A stretch of DNA of 64,000 nucleotides from positions 88,784,001 through 88,848,000 of the forward strand of contig NC_082719.1 in assembly GCF_030144855.1 (NCBI RefSeq). The letters run 5' to 3'. Below are positions 49,780 to 61,870 of this stretch, in pieces. Source of the stretch: Hypanus sabinus. Its lineage: Eukaryota. Under the pieces are notes generated by a model. The model searched no databases. It saw only the letters and a program-made list of their open reading frames with translations, and was not told the origin of the DNA. A program made the position numbers and the translations under genes. How positions within the stretch are numbered: the stretch's first letter is position 1; each line of letters starts with the position of its first letter.

Positions 49780-50790
49780 GGCCTTCGTCGGTCAGGATAG
49801 TCTGTAGAAAAGTTGGCTTGGGTTACATTTGGAGGATTGCATGCAGTTCTGGTCATTACATTACAGCAAGGATGCAGAGTCTTTCGAGAGGCTGCAGAAG
49901 GACACCGGAATTTTGTCTAGATTAGAAGGTATTACCTACAAGAAGAGGTTGTATTGTCTGGGATGTCAGAGGGTGAGAAGTGGCCTGATCAGAATCAAGT
50001 TTAATATCACCAGGAAATGCTTTGAAATTTGTTAACTCTGCAACAGTAGTACAATGCAATACAGGATAATATAGGGAGAAAAACTGAATTACAGTAAATG
50101 AATTACAATATGTACACCAAATAGTTAAAGTAAATAAGTAATGCAAAAACAGAAATAAAAAAGTAGTGAGGTAGTGTTCTTGGCTTGAATGTCCATTCAG
50201 AAATCATATGGCAGAGGCAAGGAAACTGTTCCTGAGTCGCTGAGAGTGTGCCTTCAGGCTTCTGTACCTTCTCCCTGATGGCTGCCTTGAGAACAAGGCA
50301 TGTCCTGCATGGTGGAGATCCTTAATGATGGAGGCAGACCTTTGAGGTACTGCTCCTTGAAAATGTCTTGGATACTAAGGAGGCTAGTACTCGTGATAGA
50401 GCTGACTAATTTTATGACTTTCTGCTGTTTACTTTGAACCCCACCCCCACCCATACCAGCCAGTGATGCAGATGAAAGTATGTAACATTATGGGAGGAAT
50501 AGATAGGGAAGATAGACAAAGACACAGGATGCAGGATGTAAAGAGCACAGATTCAAAGTGAATGGTCAAAAGTACAAGGAACCTAAGGATAGGGGATACA
50601 CACAGAATTATTACGATAATGATTAGTTGTTTGTAAAGATGCCAGAATCTGCGTAAATTCAGACTTTGAAAGGGTTATCAATTTATAAGCTGGGTGGGGT
50701 GGGGTGTGGAAAAAGAAGATTAATCAGTTTGTTTCGAATTATTCGGCAAGGAACTAACATGGTTGGCCTGTCTCTATGCTATAGAACTAC
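49780..50790 (+). mobile_element. Degraded CR1 3' part, interrupted by a minus-strand Rex1 (~49988-50470)
   Basis: EDCMQFWSLHYSKD..ERLQK; Rex1 tail atcagaatcaagtttaatatc; CR1 resumes at aagtatgtaacattatgggaggaatagatagg. Confidence 0.7.
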
Positions 50791-50889
50791 TCATTCTCAT
50801 TTAACAATCACAGCATAACATAATAGTGATATGAAGTTCTGGTGCATTAGGATAGAAAAGAAAGTTACTTCAGCACACTATTTTACACA

Positions 50890-51110
50890 ATATTTGACAT
50901 TGTCTTGTATCAGAAGGCTATTAGTCCATTCACACACAAGAAACCAAAGACACAGCTTCTTTGCAGTGCTGACTGAATGCTGCAGTATAATTCTGCTGGG
51001 AGATATTAAATGGAAGTCTGCTTGTTTGATTGACTTTATTGGAATCCACAACAATTAAGGCAAAAGCAGGTAAATCTCATTGCTAGACCAAAAGTTGATC
51101 TTCAATTTGA
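50890..51110 (+). mobile_element. Degraded Deu-domain SINE 5' half
   Basis: gacac..tgcagtgctgactgaatgctgca..gagatattaaa..gtctgc..aaagcagg; collinear with 57700-57860. Confidence 0.4.
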
Positions 51111-51854
51111 AGAGCAAGTATCTAGCCATTTTTTTCTCATAGCTGTCAGAATACCACCAAATCCAAAATGGCTTCTCTGCAAACTTCACAGAGGTGCTTT
51201 TAAAAGTAAATTCTTTCTTGCACATTCAGTAATAAAAAAATTAAAATTTTATAATTATTTTCCTGTACACTTATACCGAGAGCATGAAAGGACTTGATAC
51301 AGCACAATACTGTAAGAATCTTGGTCTGCTGATCTCAAAGGAGGAAGGCATGGAAAACTGAAAACATTGTATGCGATTCAGTCACCCATCTTAATCAATA
51401 CTGTAACTTTACCCATCAATCATATAAAGAGGTAGTTGGATGCATTGTAAGGACAATCAGATTATTGATCTGCGGCTTGAAATGGTATAAAAAGGTATCA
51501 CATTTGTTATGGGATTTTGAATTCAACTTGGGGAGTATTGTGAGGCTGATGCTCCTTAGTTCCCAAAATGAGATTTTCTTGATGTTTGATTTACTCCTCT
51601 TTGCTTGAAGGATTAAAAATTGAAAGTGAAATTCTCTCTGTTTGTGCATTGTCTTACAGTAATTGAATGAAATCGTCTTGAGCTTGCTAACTAACAATGA
51701 CATTTTACCAAATAGAAAATAGACAAAAATTGGTAGCCCTTTCAGGACTTAAGCCAATTCAATTTGTTATTATTTTTGAAAATTTCATTTATCTTTGCTG
51801 TGCTGCTGCTAGACATGCTACATTGGTACCAGACATGAGGCAATAGTGTAGCGA

Positions 51855-52140
51855 TTGGCATGGTAGCATAGTGGTAAGCACAGCATTTTACAGTACCAGC
51901 AACCTGGGTTCAATTCCCACCGCTGCCTGTAAGGAGTTTGTACATTTACCTCACGACTGCATGGATTTCCTTTCGATGCTACGGTTTCCTCCCATATTCC
52001 AAAGACTTACCAGTTGACAGGTTAATTGGTCATTGTAAATTGTCCCATGATTAGGCTAGGGTTAAGTTGGGAGATTGCAGGGTGGTGCAGTTTGAAGGAC
52101 TAGAAGGGCCTACTCTGAGCAATATGTCGACAAAAAAAAG
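51855..52140 (+). mobile_element. V-SINE (CR1-type tail) inserted into the tail segment of an alternative-tail V-SINE (51805-52230)
   Basis: A-box tagcatagtgg, B-box gggttcaattccc, V-domain; flanks rejoin into the 45245-type tail. Confidence 0.75.
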
Positions 52141-53282
52141 CTTGCAGGCTGCCCAGCACAATCCTCGCTGATTGGGTTTGACACAAAATGATGCATTTCA
52201 CTGTGTATTGCGATGCACTTGTGACAAATAAAGATGATCTGATCTTAAATATACTTGAATATGGGAGTTACATTTCAAGAACAAATAAAGTGATGATACA
52301 GGAGTTTAAATCCCCCGATCCAGATAATTTTGTCAGTGGGCTCATTCTGTAGTGTTTGGTGGCCTTTACTTTGACACAAAATATTAGCAGAGCATAATTA
52401 AGAGAGTGAAAGGTGTCACATCCGTTGCAGATTTGTCAAAGGCCTTAGCTGCATTTTGTTGATTGTTCTAATACCCTCCCAATTACAATATCTAGAGTGA
52501 CTTGCAATGCAAATTTGCAGACATACTGCACGTTTACATTTTGATATCTGTTAACCCCTCGAACCTTGGAACTTGCAAGTGATGAGAAGGCTGTAGCTTC
52601 CGATGAGTCTCTTTGTTATTTTACTCAGTCAAATAGAATATTCATAGTACTAGGTTTTCTTGAGTACTCCCTCAAGTGCCCAAACCTGTTTCTTATTATT
52701 TCACATGAAAAACTCTGATATTAAATGAAGAATTAGGCTCAAACTAAACAGTTAAACCGTCATATGGCAAAACAATTACATTTAGATGAGTCACTTAATG
52801 GAGCAATTACACTCTCATATGAAGTAACAAAACCCAGAGGCATGATTAACCATAATATTGCCTGGATACTTCTGCAGCATTTTGCCATATTTTATAGATT
52901 ACTAGATCTTCTATCTATGAAGTAAGTAACTACACAGCTTTTCCCCAAACAACTATAGCATTTAGCTCAATCTATTAGCAGTTTTTTTTTAACTCAAGTG
53001 GTTCATTAAACTATTTGATGAATTTTAAACCAAAGAATTAAAATGTCATTGGATTTGAGTTTCAAAAAGGAGAGAATATACAGTTGGCTGGGTGACTGAG
53101 CAGTTCACCTAGAGGACCCTGTGATGTGGCTGAAGTGCCATAGTTAGTTTAATGAGTTGACCAGGGCAACGTGGCTAAGTGTGATATGCTTCTTATGCTG
53201 TTAGCTCAAGGTGACCCCAGCACTGCAGAAACACTTGTGTCACACAATATATTTAATTTTACTTCAATGACAAGGTGCATCA

Positions 53283-53663
53283 CAAGGTGGCAGGGTGGAG
53301 ATACGTCCCTTCCAAAGGAGATGTAAGGTGCTCCTTCCCACCGCTAGCCTACAGGTCACCCTTGGGCGAGGTGTAGCACCTGCTTAGCCCCCCTATCAGG
53401 GTCATGTGAAGCCATGGGAGCAGGTGGTGGATGGTCGCATGAGCAACTGTCACAAGTCCTGGTTATGCGACCACTGATGCCACACAGACAATCTCTGAAG
53501 AGTATTGATTGCGGCTGGGGTCACCCATCTTGTAAAAACACTGCCCAGAAAATGGCAATAGCAAGCCACTTCTGTAGGATCAATTTATCAAGAACAATCA
53601 TGGTCATAGACCATAACTGCCTACATCATTCAACATAGCATGTAATGGTGGTGATGATGATGA
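53283..53663 (+). mobile_element. Non-autonomous retroelement (RTE-derived, tentative) with (GAT)n tail, copy 2
   Basis: Matches the reverse of 29965-30336; ends ggtggtgatgatgatga. Confidence 0.65.
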
Positions 53664-53717
53664 CTACACCACCTCTTCTCCACATTTGAATCACTTATTC
53701 AAATGAAATATAATACT

Positions 53718-54000
53718 ACTGGAGTGGTTAGCATGCCCTATTAGCGCTAAGTGCCATTGGAGTTTGGAGTTCAATTCTGGCATTCTCTGTAAGAAGTTAA
53801 TATGTCCTTCCCATGAATATATAGGCTTCCTCCGGGTGCTCCAGCTTCCTCCCATAGTCCAAAGATGTGCCAGTTAGTAGGTTAATTGGTCATTGTAAAT
53901 TGTCCTGTGGTTAGGCTAGTGTTAAATATGTGGGCTGCTAATCAGCTCAGCTCATTGGGCCAGAAGGGCCTGTTCTGCACTGTATTTCTAAATAAATAAC
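53718..54000 (+). mobile_element. V-SINE with CR1-type tail
   Basis: gagttcaattc B-box; ttcctccgggtgctccagcttcctcccat; gaagggcctgttctgcactgtatttctaaataaata. Confidence 0.8.
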
Positions 54001-54651
54001 TAAATATAGTAAATAAATACATGATGAAGAGACCCAGCTCTATATGTAATATCAGTTGAAAGAATCTGAGTTAATGTTTCAGGGCAAATGATGAAGATGG
54101 AGTGAAAACAAATTTCAGAGAAGGTTGGGGAAAGATAAATAGGACAATTGAAAATAAGATGAGACAAGGGTTGCCAAGGGGATAAGTAGTTGGCAAAGTT
54201 GTACGGTGGAGAGATTGATGAAGGTATATAAGGGAAGGACAGGACTAAAATAAAGGAATCTAAAATGGGTGAAAGGAAGACCAATTGGAAATAACCAACA
54301 GGTTAGACTAGCCTACTAGAGGAAGATAAACAGAGGCAACATTTCAGGTGGGGAAGTTTTGACAGAACCTGAGAAAGTGAATGACCAGCTGTTATTATCC
54401 TCTCAGTATAAATATGTCATATTCTGTCTTCTTTGTTAGAAACTCAACAATGTTTTATTTAGCACTTTGGTCAATCCATCTACATTTGTACATCCAACCA
54501 TTTCATAGTATAAGGGAATATAAAGTTCAATGTGAATTTATTATCAAAGGATGTCCATTTATTTATTTATTTAGTTGTACATTGCAAAGCAGTCCCTTCT
54601 GACCCAATAAGCCACATTGCCCAGCATTCTACCTATTTAACCCTAACCACA

Positions 54652-55957
54652 GGTGAGGTCTTCATTGGACCCTCTACAGTTTGCCTACCAATCTCATGCG
54701 GGAGTGGACGATGCTATCATCTACCTGCTGCAGAGAGCTCACTCCCACCTGGGCAATGCTAGTGGCATTGTTGGGAATCACATTTTTTTTTATTTTTCTG
54801 GTGCCTTCAATGCAATCCAGCCACTTTTTCTGAGTGAGAAGCCGCAAAGCATGGGCATAAACAAATCCACTATCTCCTGGGTTACTGACTACCTGACAGA
54901 TAGACCCCAATTTGGACAGCTGGGTAGTGCTCTAGTTCTCTGTCTTAGATGGTTGTGAGTGGTAATGGAGCACGACACAGATGGTCCTGACTCAGTTTCT
55001 GTACACACTGTACACTTCAGACTCTCAGTACAAATCTGAGACTTGTCACTTGTGGAAGTTCTCTGATGACTGCGGTGGTTGGGTGTATCAGAGATGGACA
55101 GGAGTCGGAGTACAGAGGACTGGTGGACACGTTTGTGGAGTGGTGTGGGAGGAATCATTTGCTCTTGAATTTGGCTAGAGCCAGGGAGATGGTGACTGAT
55201 TTTAGGAGGAAGAAGGCTGTGATGAGTCCTGTATACATCCTGGGAGAAAAAGTTGAGGTGGTGGAAGAGTACAAATACCTGGGTGTTCACGTCGACAACA
55301 GACATGACCAGAAAACCAACACCAAGGCTTTTTACAAGAAAGGGATGAGTAGTCTCTATTTTCCAAGGAAGCTGAGATTCTTCAATATGTGCAGCAGAAT
55401 GTTAGAGATCCTTTACCATCCTGTTGTTGTGAGTGCAGTCTTCTTTGCTGCCTTACGTCGGGGAACAGCTTCGGCGCTTGTGATGCAGATAGACTAAATA
55501 AACTCATCAGAAAGGCTGGATCCATCCTTAGCTACAATCCAGACTCTTTAGAGTTAGTGGTGAAGAGGAGAACACACTAAACAAACTGCTATCCATTATG
55601 GACAACATGGCACATCCTCTCCATGTCCTACTGAATAAGCAGTGGAGCACCATTTCAAACAGACTCGTTCAGCTCTGCTGTCTCAAGCATTCTTACAGAA
55701 AATCTTTCCTACCAAATACAAGAAGCCTATACAACAGCTTATCTCTGTGCTACAGGAGAACACACATCATAGTACAATAGTTTTTGTTTTACTATTTCAT
55801 ACATTATCTTTGCACATTGGTAAATTATTATTGTGTATATTATTATTCTGTACATATAATTATGTATGTTATTAGTTAAGTCTGCACACTGCTAAGTGTG
55901 TTTTTAAATGTTGCTGCTGTAAAGAAAGAATTTCCCACTTGGGATCAACAAAGTACT

Positions 55958-55958
<1 letters not shown>
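54652..55958 (+). mobile_element. Rex1/Babar LINE, second subfamily (RT to tail), frameshifted
   Basis: LDPLQFAYQ..GVDDAIIYLL; WVTDYLTDRPQ; KFSDD; YKYLGVHVD; HPLH..RKSFLP; tail aatttcccacttgggatcaacaaagta. Confidence 0.9.
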
Positions 55959-55990
<32 letters not shown>

Positions 55991-55995
55991 TGTTG

Positions 55996-56034
<39 letters not shown>
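55959..56034. repeat. Inverted microsatellite junction (AAT)n-(TTG)n-(TTA)n
   Basis: Directly visible; formed by two retroelement tails meeting. Confidence 0.95.
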
Positions 56035-56036
<2 letters not shown>

Positions 56037-56205
56037 CACAGTACAATTTACAATGGTCAATCAACCTACTAACTGGAACATGTTTGGACTATAGGTGGAA
56101 ACTGGAGCACCCAGATGGTCACGTAAACCCAGATGGCGACGGCAAGAATATAAAAATTCCTTACAGGTAGTGGCAGGGATTGAACCTGGGTTGTACAGTG
56201 CTGCC
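56035..56205 (-). mobile_element. V-SINE fragment
   Basis: caacctactaac..tttggact..ggaaactggagcaccc..ccttacagg..gggattgaacctggg. Confidence 0.7.
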
Positions 56206-57639
56206 CACCAAATATTACCCTGAGATTTATTTTCCTGCAGGCATTCACAATAGAGCAAAGAGATACAATAAAATCAATGGAAAACTACACACAGATAAAG
56301 ACTGGTCTGAATGATGGAGCCCTTGATGGTGGAAGTGCTTCTTGCAGATGAGTTCAGTAGTGGGGAGGGCTTTTTCTATGGTGGACCGAGCTGTATCTAT
56401 GGAATAGAAGGAAATTTTATGATCCATCAAGTCCACTTAGATGGAAAAGTGCAATTCAGTATAATATAATCCATTTCTCTGTCATAAGATTATCTGTTCA
56501 TGGGATCATGCTGACATTTTTAAAATGTGATGATGGCTTCTTCCTCTGACACTTTCATCCAGTTAGCTTCAGACTTCCGCCATCTTTTTGTTAATTGTTA
56601 GCTTCAACTACTTCCCTCCAGCTCTTGCAAAAGATGGAAAATTTTGCTCACCATCTGGTGATACTAACAAGATGACCATGGATAGCTATTATTTCCAAAT
56701 CATCAGTTGACCTTGCTCTAACTCATAGAATTTTCAGCCAAAAAAATACAGTATGTTGGGTAAAAAAAATATATTTTTAGATGTTGTGTCCAGTAAGTCA
56801 CAGATGTAAAAGTAGAAAAGGATTGGAAATAGCACTGAACCTTGACAAAAATGATAGAATGATTTCTCAGTTTTGTATGTGGGCACCAAGGTTGACCATC
56901 AAGCAAGTTCACTTAATTATAGTAAATTTATCAATTTCAATTTGTGTAAGTTTTTAAAAGAATAATATTAGTGCATTAATTCACTGAAAATATTTGTATA
57001 AAGTGTGTAGATAATGCAAATATCTTTAAAAATGTAATTTTCAATAAGCATGTTATTGGGTATTGCATGGATGTTGTATAAAACAAGAATATAGTATTAG
57101 AGTAAATGTGGCGGTGGAAGTAGAGATATGACTAGGGATTAGAAAGAAACAGATAAACCAATTTGTTTTCATAATGGTAGGTGGGTTATGTGCATATGAG
57201 ACTTTGATGAAAAGTATATCTTAAGTCAACCAATGCATGCACAGCCATAGATATCACTTGTAATCACACTTCATCCCTTCCTGTTCAAAACCCTGGAACA
57301 TTTCAAAAACGAGAATAGACCTGTGCTGGGTATTGAGATTTGAAAACCAGAAGCAAGTGATTAGATTCTCCAAATTTGCTCAACCCTCACTTTGCTTCTT
57401 AGTTTATCCAGTAAACTTCGTATGGAATACTAATACTTAGAGAAGAAATCTTGACCAGTCAGCTTGAATCCACATTTTATGTTCAGTTAAGGCAGGTTTC
57501 ACCAACTTGGCACAAGTCCAAGGTGCAGACTTGGAGCCAGTGTGGTGTATAGGAGGATTTAATACAGGAACATTCTATATCCGCAATTGGGGGATATGAA
57601 GTCATTATGAAAGATATATCATGCGATCATTTAACATCA

Positions 57640-58046
57640 GCCTGGCTTACCAGCAGAATTTTCAGCTGCGAGTCTCAAGCTTGCGAGTTCAAAACCAGTT
57701 GTTGTACAACCACAGAACCTATGTATTTTCTGAGGTGCATTCACTGAGATAAGATGTTAAACTGACAATCTGTCTGCCTATTCCAGTGGACACGAAGCAC
57801 TATTCCCAAAGCACTCTGAAATTTATTTGGTATCTGGGCCAAATTTATCCTTCAATGAGCACCACCAAAAACAAATTAACTGATCATTTATCACACGGCT
57901 GCTTGTGGACCTTGATGTGCGGATATTGACTGCCACATTTGCCTGAAAAATAACAGTGGCTGCACTTCAAAAGTAATTAATTGGTTGTTGAAGCTTTGGT
58001 ACATCTTAAGGATGTAGACAGTGTTACATGAATTCAAGTACTTTCA
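57640..58046 (+). mobile_element. Deu-domain SINE (SacSINE1-like), apparently full length
   Basis: B-box gagttcaaaacc; gataagatgttaaactga..tctgtctgcc..gtggac..gcactatt; gggccaaatttatccttcaa; gctgcttgtggaccttgatgtgc; acagtggctgcacttcaaaagtaattaattgg..gctttgg. Confidence 0.8.
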
Positions 58047-58094
58047 ATTTCTCCTTTATTACTGCTCTGACTGAAAAACAAATCAGACATGAAA

Positions 58095-58570
58095 ATGTTC
58101 AAGACCAAGACCTTGGTCAAAACTAGTTCCTGGGACTGAAGTACCTGAGTCAGAAGGAAAGATTGAATAGGCTAAGACTTCATTCCTTGGAATACAGAAG
58201 ACTGAGAGGAGATTTGATGGAGTTATACAAAATTATGAGGAGTATAGATAGGGTAAATGCAAGCAGGTTTTTTCCACTGAGGTTGTGTGGGACTACAACT
58301 GGAGTCATGGGTTAGGGTAAAAGGTGAAAAGTTTAAGGGGAACATGAAGGGAAACTTCTTCACACAGAGGATCATGAGAGTGTGGAATAGCTGCCAACAT
58401 GTGGTGCATTTGAGCTCAATTTAAAAGTTTTAAGAGAAGTTTGAATTGGTACATGGATAGTAGGAGTATGAAAGGCTCTGGTCCTGGTGCAGGTTGATGG
58501 CAGTAGGCAGCTTAAATAGTTTGGCACAGTCTAGATGGGTTGAAGGGCCTTTTATGTACTATACTTTTCT
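58095..58570 (+). mobile_element. CR1 3' fragment
   Basis: gaagactgagaggagatttgat...aagggaaacttcttcacacagagg...gaagggcct. Confidence 0.8.
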
Positions 58571-58974
58571 AAGACACTAGTTAATTTAAATTTTCTTTTG
58601 GAGCTGGTGAGTAAATAAAATGTATATGCTTGTAGACTGAAGCATTTGTGTTGACTGTGACTATTATATAATCACAGAGAATTCTCTACTGGGAAGAAGT
58701 GATTTTAACTAAACAATTATCTGTGTGTAGGCTTCTGTGTGGGCTAGAATATCATCTAATTCCCATTTTAAGAATCAGTTCCCAAAGTGATGGTCGTACA
58801 TGGGTGAAGGGGGATGTAGAAGTACCACATCCCAAAGCAGAATTAATAGCTGACAGGGTAATTCATAATCTAGTAGATATTACATCGTCACTACTTTTAG
58901 GGCAGTCCCTTGGTATTGAGGATGATTTATTTTCAGTCTTACAACTCTTTTGTCAGCAAAGGCTCTTGCATATT

Positions 58975-59530
58975 TCTCCAGCTGCACGGTGGAGTGCATT
59001 TAGACCAGTTGCATCACGGCCTGGTATGGAGCCTCCAACGCATAGGGTCGCAAGAGGCTGCAGAGGGCTCTGGACACAGCCAGTTCCATCTCAGGGATAA
59101 CCCTCCCTGTCATCAAGGACATCTTCAAATGGCGGTGCCTCAAGAAAGATAAACAAAAGATTATCTTTATTTGTCACTTGTATAATACATCAAAATATAC
59201 AGTGAAATGCATCATTTTTGTCAAATGAATTCAGCAAGGTTTGTGCCGGGGGCAGCCTGCAAAGTCAGCCATTTTTCTTGTGACAACAGAGCATGTCCAG
59301 AAGGTGGCAGCCATCTTTAAGGACCCTCACAATTTGAAACATAATCTTTTCACATTACTATCATTAGGGAGGAGATACAAAAGCCTGAAGATTCACACTT
59401 AACATCTAGGAACAGCTTTTTCTGCTCTGCTATCAGATTACTAAACAGTTCATGAAACCATGAACATTCCCCTGTTATTTATCTTTTGTGCTATGTATTT
59501 ATTTTTGTAATTTATGGTAATTTTTATGTT
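58975..59530 (+). mobile_element. Rex1/Babar 3' fragment, interrupted by a SINE tail (~59150-59300)
   Basis: gcatcacggcctggtatgg...ggtgcctcaagaa | gaaggtggcagccatc..aaggaccctcac. Confidence 0.75.
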
Positions 59531-60897
59531 CGACTTTACACTCGTGTACTGAAGAATGACAGTAAACAATATTCAATCCTGTAGCTTCTGGGGAGTTGGA
59601 CAATCAGATTAACCACAAGCGAATGGCATTTTCATGTCTTACTGTATTTATACTCAAACTGCTTTGTCTTGTCGGTACCAGAGGCACCAAAAGCGGTGGG
59701 TATAGCTACGGTGGGAAGTGGGAACTCCTGCAGGTGAAGAAAACGGATGAAAACGGATGAGGCTGGTTATTCGACAGAATTAAAACACCAGTTCCTTTTA
59801 TTTTAAAGAAAAAGTCAGCAAGTTCTGAACAGCTACAGTCAGGAAATATATGTACTGCAGTACGAGATACAAATCACAAGGATTTTGATGGAAATTCTGT
59901 AGATCCAAGAAACTAAATTCAGTCGCACCCAGAAGCAGACATCGGGTTTGTTTTGTGGAATTAGCTTGTACTCTTTGCTTCCAATGCAAGCAGTGTGCCA
60001 ACTTACTGCTGTCTGCTAATTAACATGATTGCAGGATACAGCCAACACTAACAATACTGTTGTGTGGCGACATGCCTCAGGAGAGGTCCCCGAATTCTGA
60101 GGAGCTAACATCACTTAAAGCAACCCTGCACTGATTAAAGTCAGGCTATGTGTCTCAATGGTGAACACAAAAAGGAAAGTGATGGAAATATGCTCTCGTT
60201 TCCTGATTCCATGTCAAAGCTACACTTACTTGTTTTCCTCTAAAATGGAAAATTAATTATGGCCGCGGCAGACTGCAGATTTTATTCAGGACTTCCTTGT
60301 TGTTGCCCAGATGGTACACAGATCTGATGAGAAGCAAAGAATGCAAAAGCCTGGAAAGCTGAAGCAACAGCAGAAAATGCTGAATGTAGACAGCATCTGT
60401 GGAAAGAGAAACCGAATTAATATTTCAGGTCTCCATCAGAGGGATACAGCATATAAACAGGCCCTTCAGAACACAATGTCCACACTAACTATATCATTAC
60501 ACTCACCTTGCCCATAAGATTCTACCCCTCACCTACATAATAGGGGCAATTTAGTGTACATATAATCTACAAACCCATGCCACTAGGATTTCATTGGAAT
60601 TGATCAAAATTCAAAGTTCAACGTAAATTTTTTATTGAAGTGTATATGTATATATATATATATATGTATATATATCACCATATACAGCCCTAAGCTTTGT
60701 TTCCTTGTGGGCATTCATACTAAGTACAAGAACCACAATAGAAGCAATGAAAATGTACTGAAAACAGAGATGGTCGAAAACAACCAATATGCAAAACCCA
60801 ATAAATTGTGAAAATCAAAAAAAGGGTAAAGAATTAAATAAATAATTTCAAGAACATTAGTGGATTCTGCAGTGAATCTAAGGTCACCCATACTGAT

Positions 60898-61094
60898 AAG
60901 AGAAAATCTACAGATACTGGAAATCCAAGCAATGCAGACAAAATGCTGGAGGAACTCAGTAGGCCAGGCTGCATCGATGGAAAAAAGTACAGTCGACATT
61001 ACGGGCCAAAGCCCTTTGGCAGGACTTGAAACATCGACTGCACTTTTTTCCGTAGATGTTGCCAGGTCTACGGAATTCCATCAGCATTTTGTGA
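60898..61094. mobile_element. Palindromic mini-PLE
   Basis: Arms acaaaatgctggaggaact...cagtcgac / atcgactg...tcagcattttgt; TSD gtcacccatactgat (60883-60897) / gtcacccatgctaat (61095-61109). Confidence 0.85.
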
Positions 61095-61591
61095 GTCACC
61101 CATGCTAATGAAAGGTCATCGATCTTAAAGGTTTCACCCCACATATAGTGTGTTGCCCGACTTGCTGAATATATTTAGCAGTATTTTCGGCACTTATTAC
61201 TTGCATTTCATACTCACTATGCATTGCTAAACTTTAGGTAGAACACACTCTGAACATATAACCAGCTCCTGAGAACTCTCCCTCATCTGCAGTGACTTGC
61301 CAGTATTGTGTGCTTCTTCAGATATTCACTGCAGATATTATTGACTTTGTGAATATTGCAACTGGAATGATCTGCCCCACAATTTTTTGCAATGGCATTG
61401 CAGAATCCACATTACTCCAAAGATCTCCACTATGGACTTTCAATCCTGACATTTTTCAATACTAACTTAAAAACATTGAAAGCACAAGCACTTTGTTAAT
61501 TTGCATGTGCTCCTCTGGACTAGCCTTGTCTCCCTGCTTTAGCATCTAAAACGGAAGTTAGCTGATAATTTAACTATCTAATCTTGATAGA

Positions 61592-61870
61592 TTGGGGTGG
61601 CACAGCAACATAGCTGTTAGCATAATGATATTACAGTGCCAGCAACATGGGTTCAATCCCACCTCTGTCTGTAAAGAGTTTGTACACCTCCCCATGCCCC
61701 AGTCAGTTTACTGTGGGTGCTCTGGATTTCTCCCATGTTCCAAAGACACACATTTGGTAGGGCATTTTGGTAGGGCATTTGGTCAAACAGGTGTAATTGA
61801 ATGCTGTGGGCTCACTGGGCTGGATGAGCTTGTTACAGCTCTGTAACTCTATATAAGAATAAAATAATAA
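61592..61870 (+). mobile_element. V-SINE with CR1-type tail
   Basis: gggttcaatcccac..tgtaaagagtttgtaca..gggtgctctggatttctccca..ccaaagac. Confidence 0.75.

Noticed and set aside
51855-51925. tRNA gene (A and B boxes)
   Set aside because: SINE head continuing into the V-domain; no complete cloverleaf.
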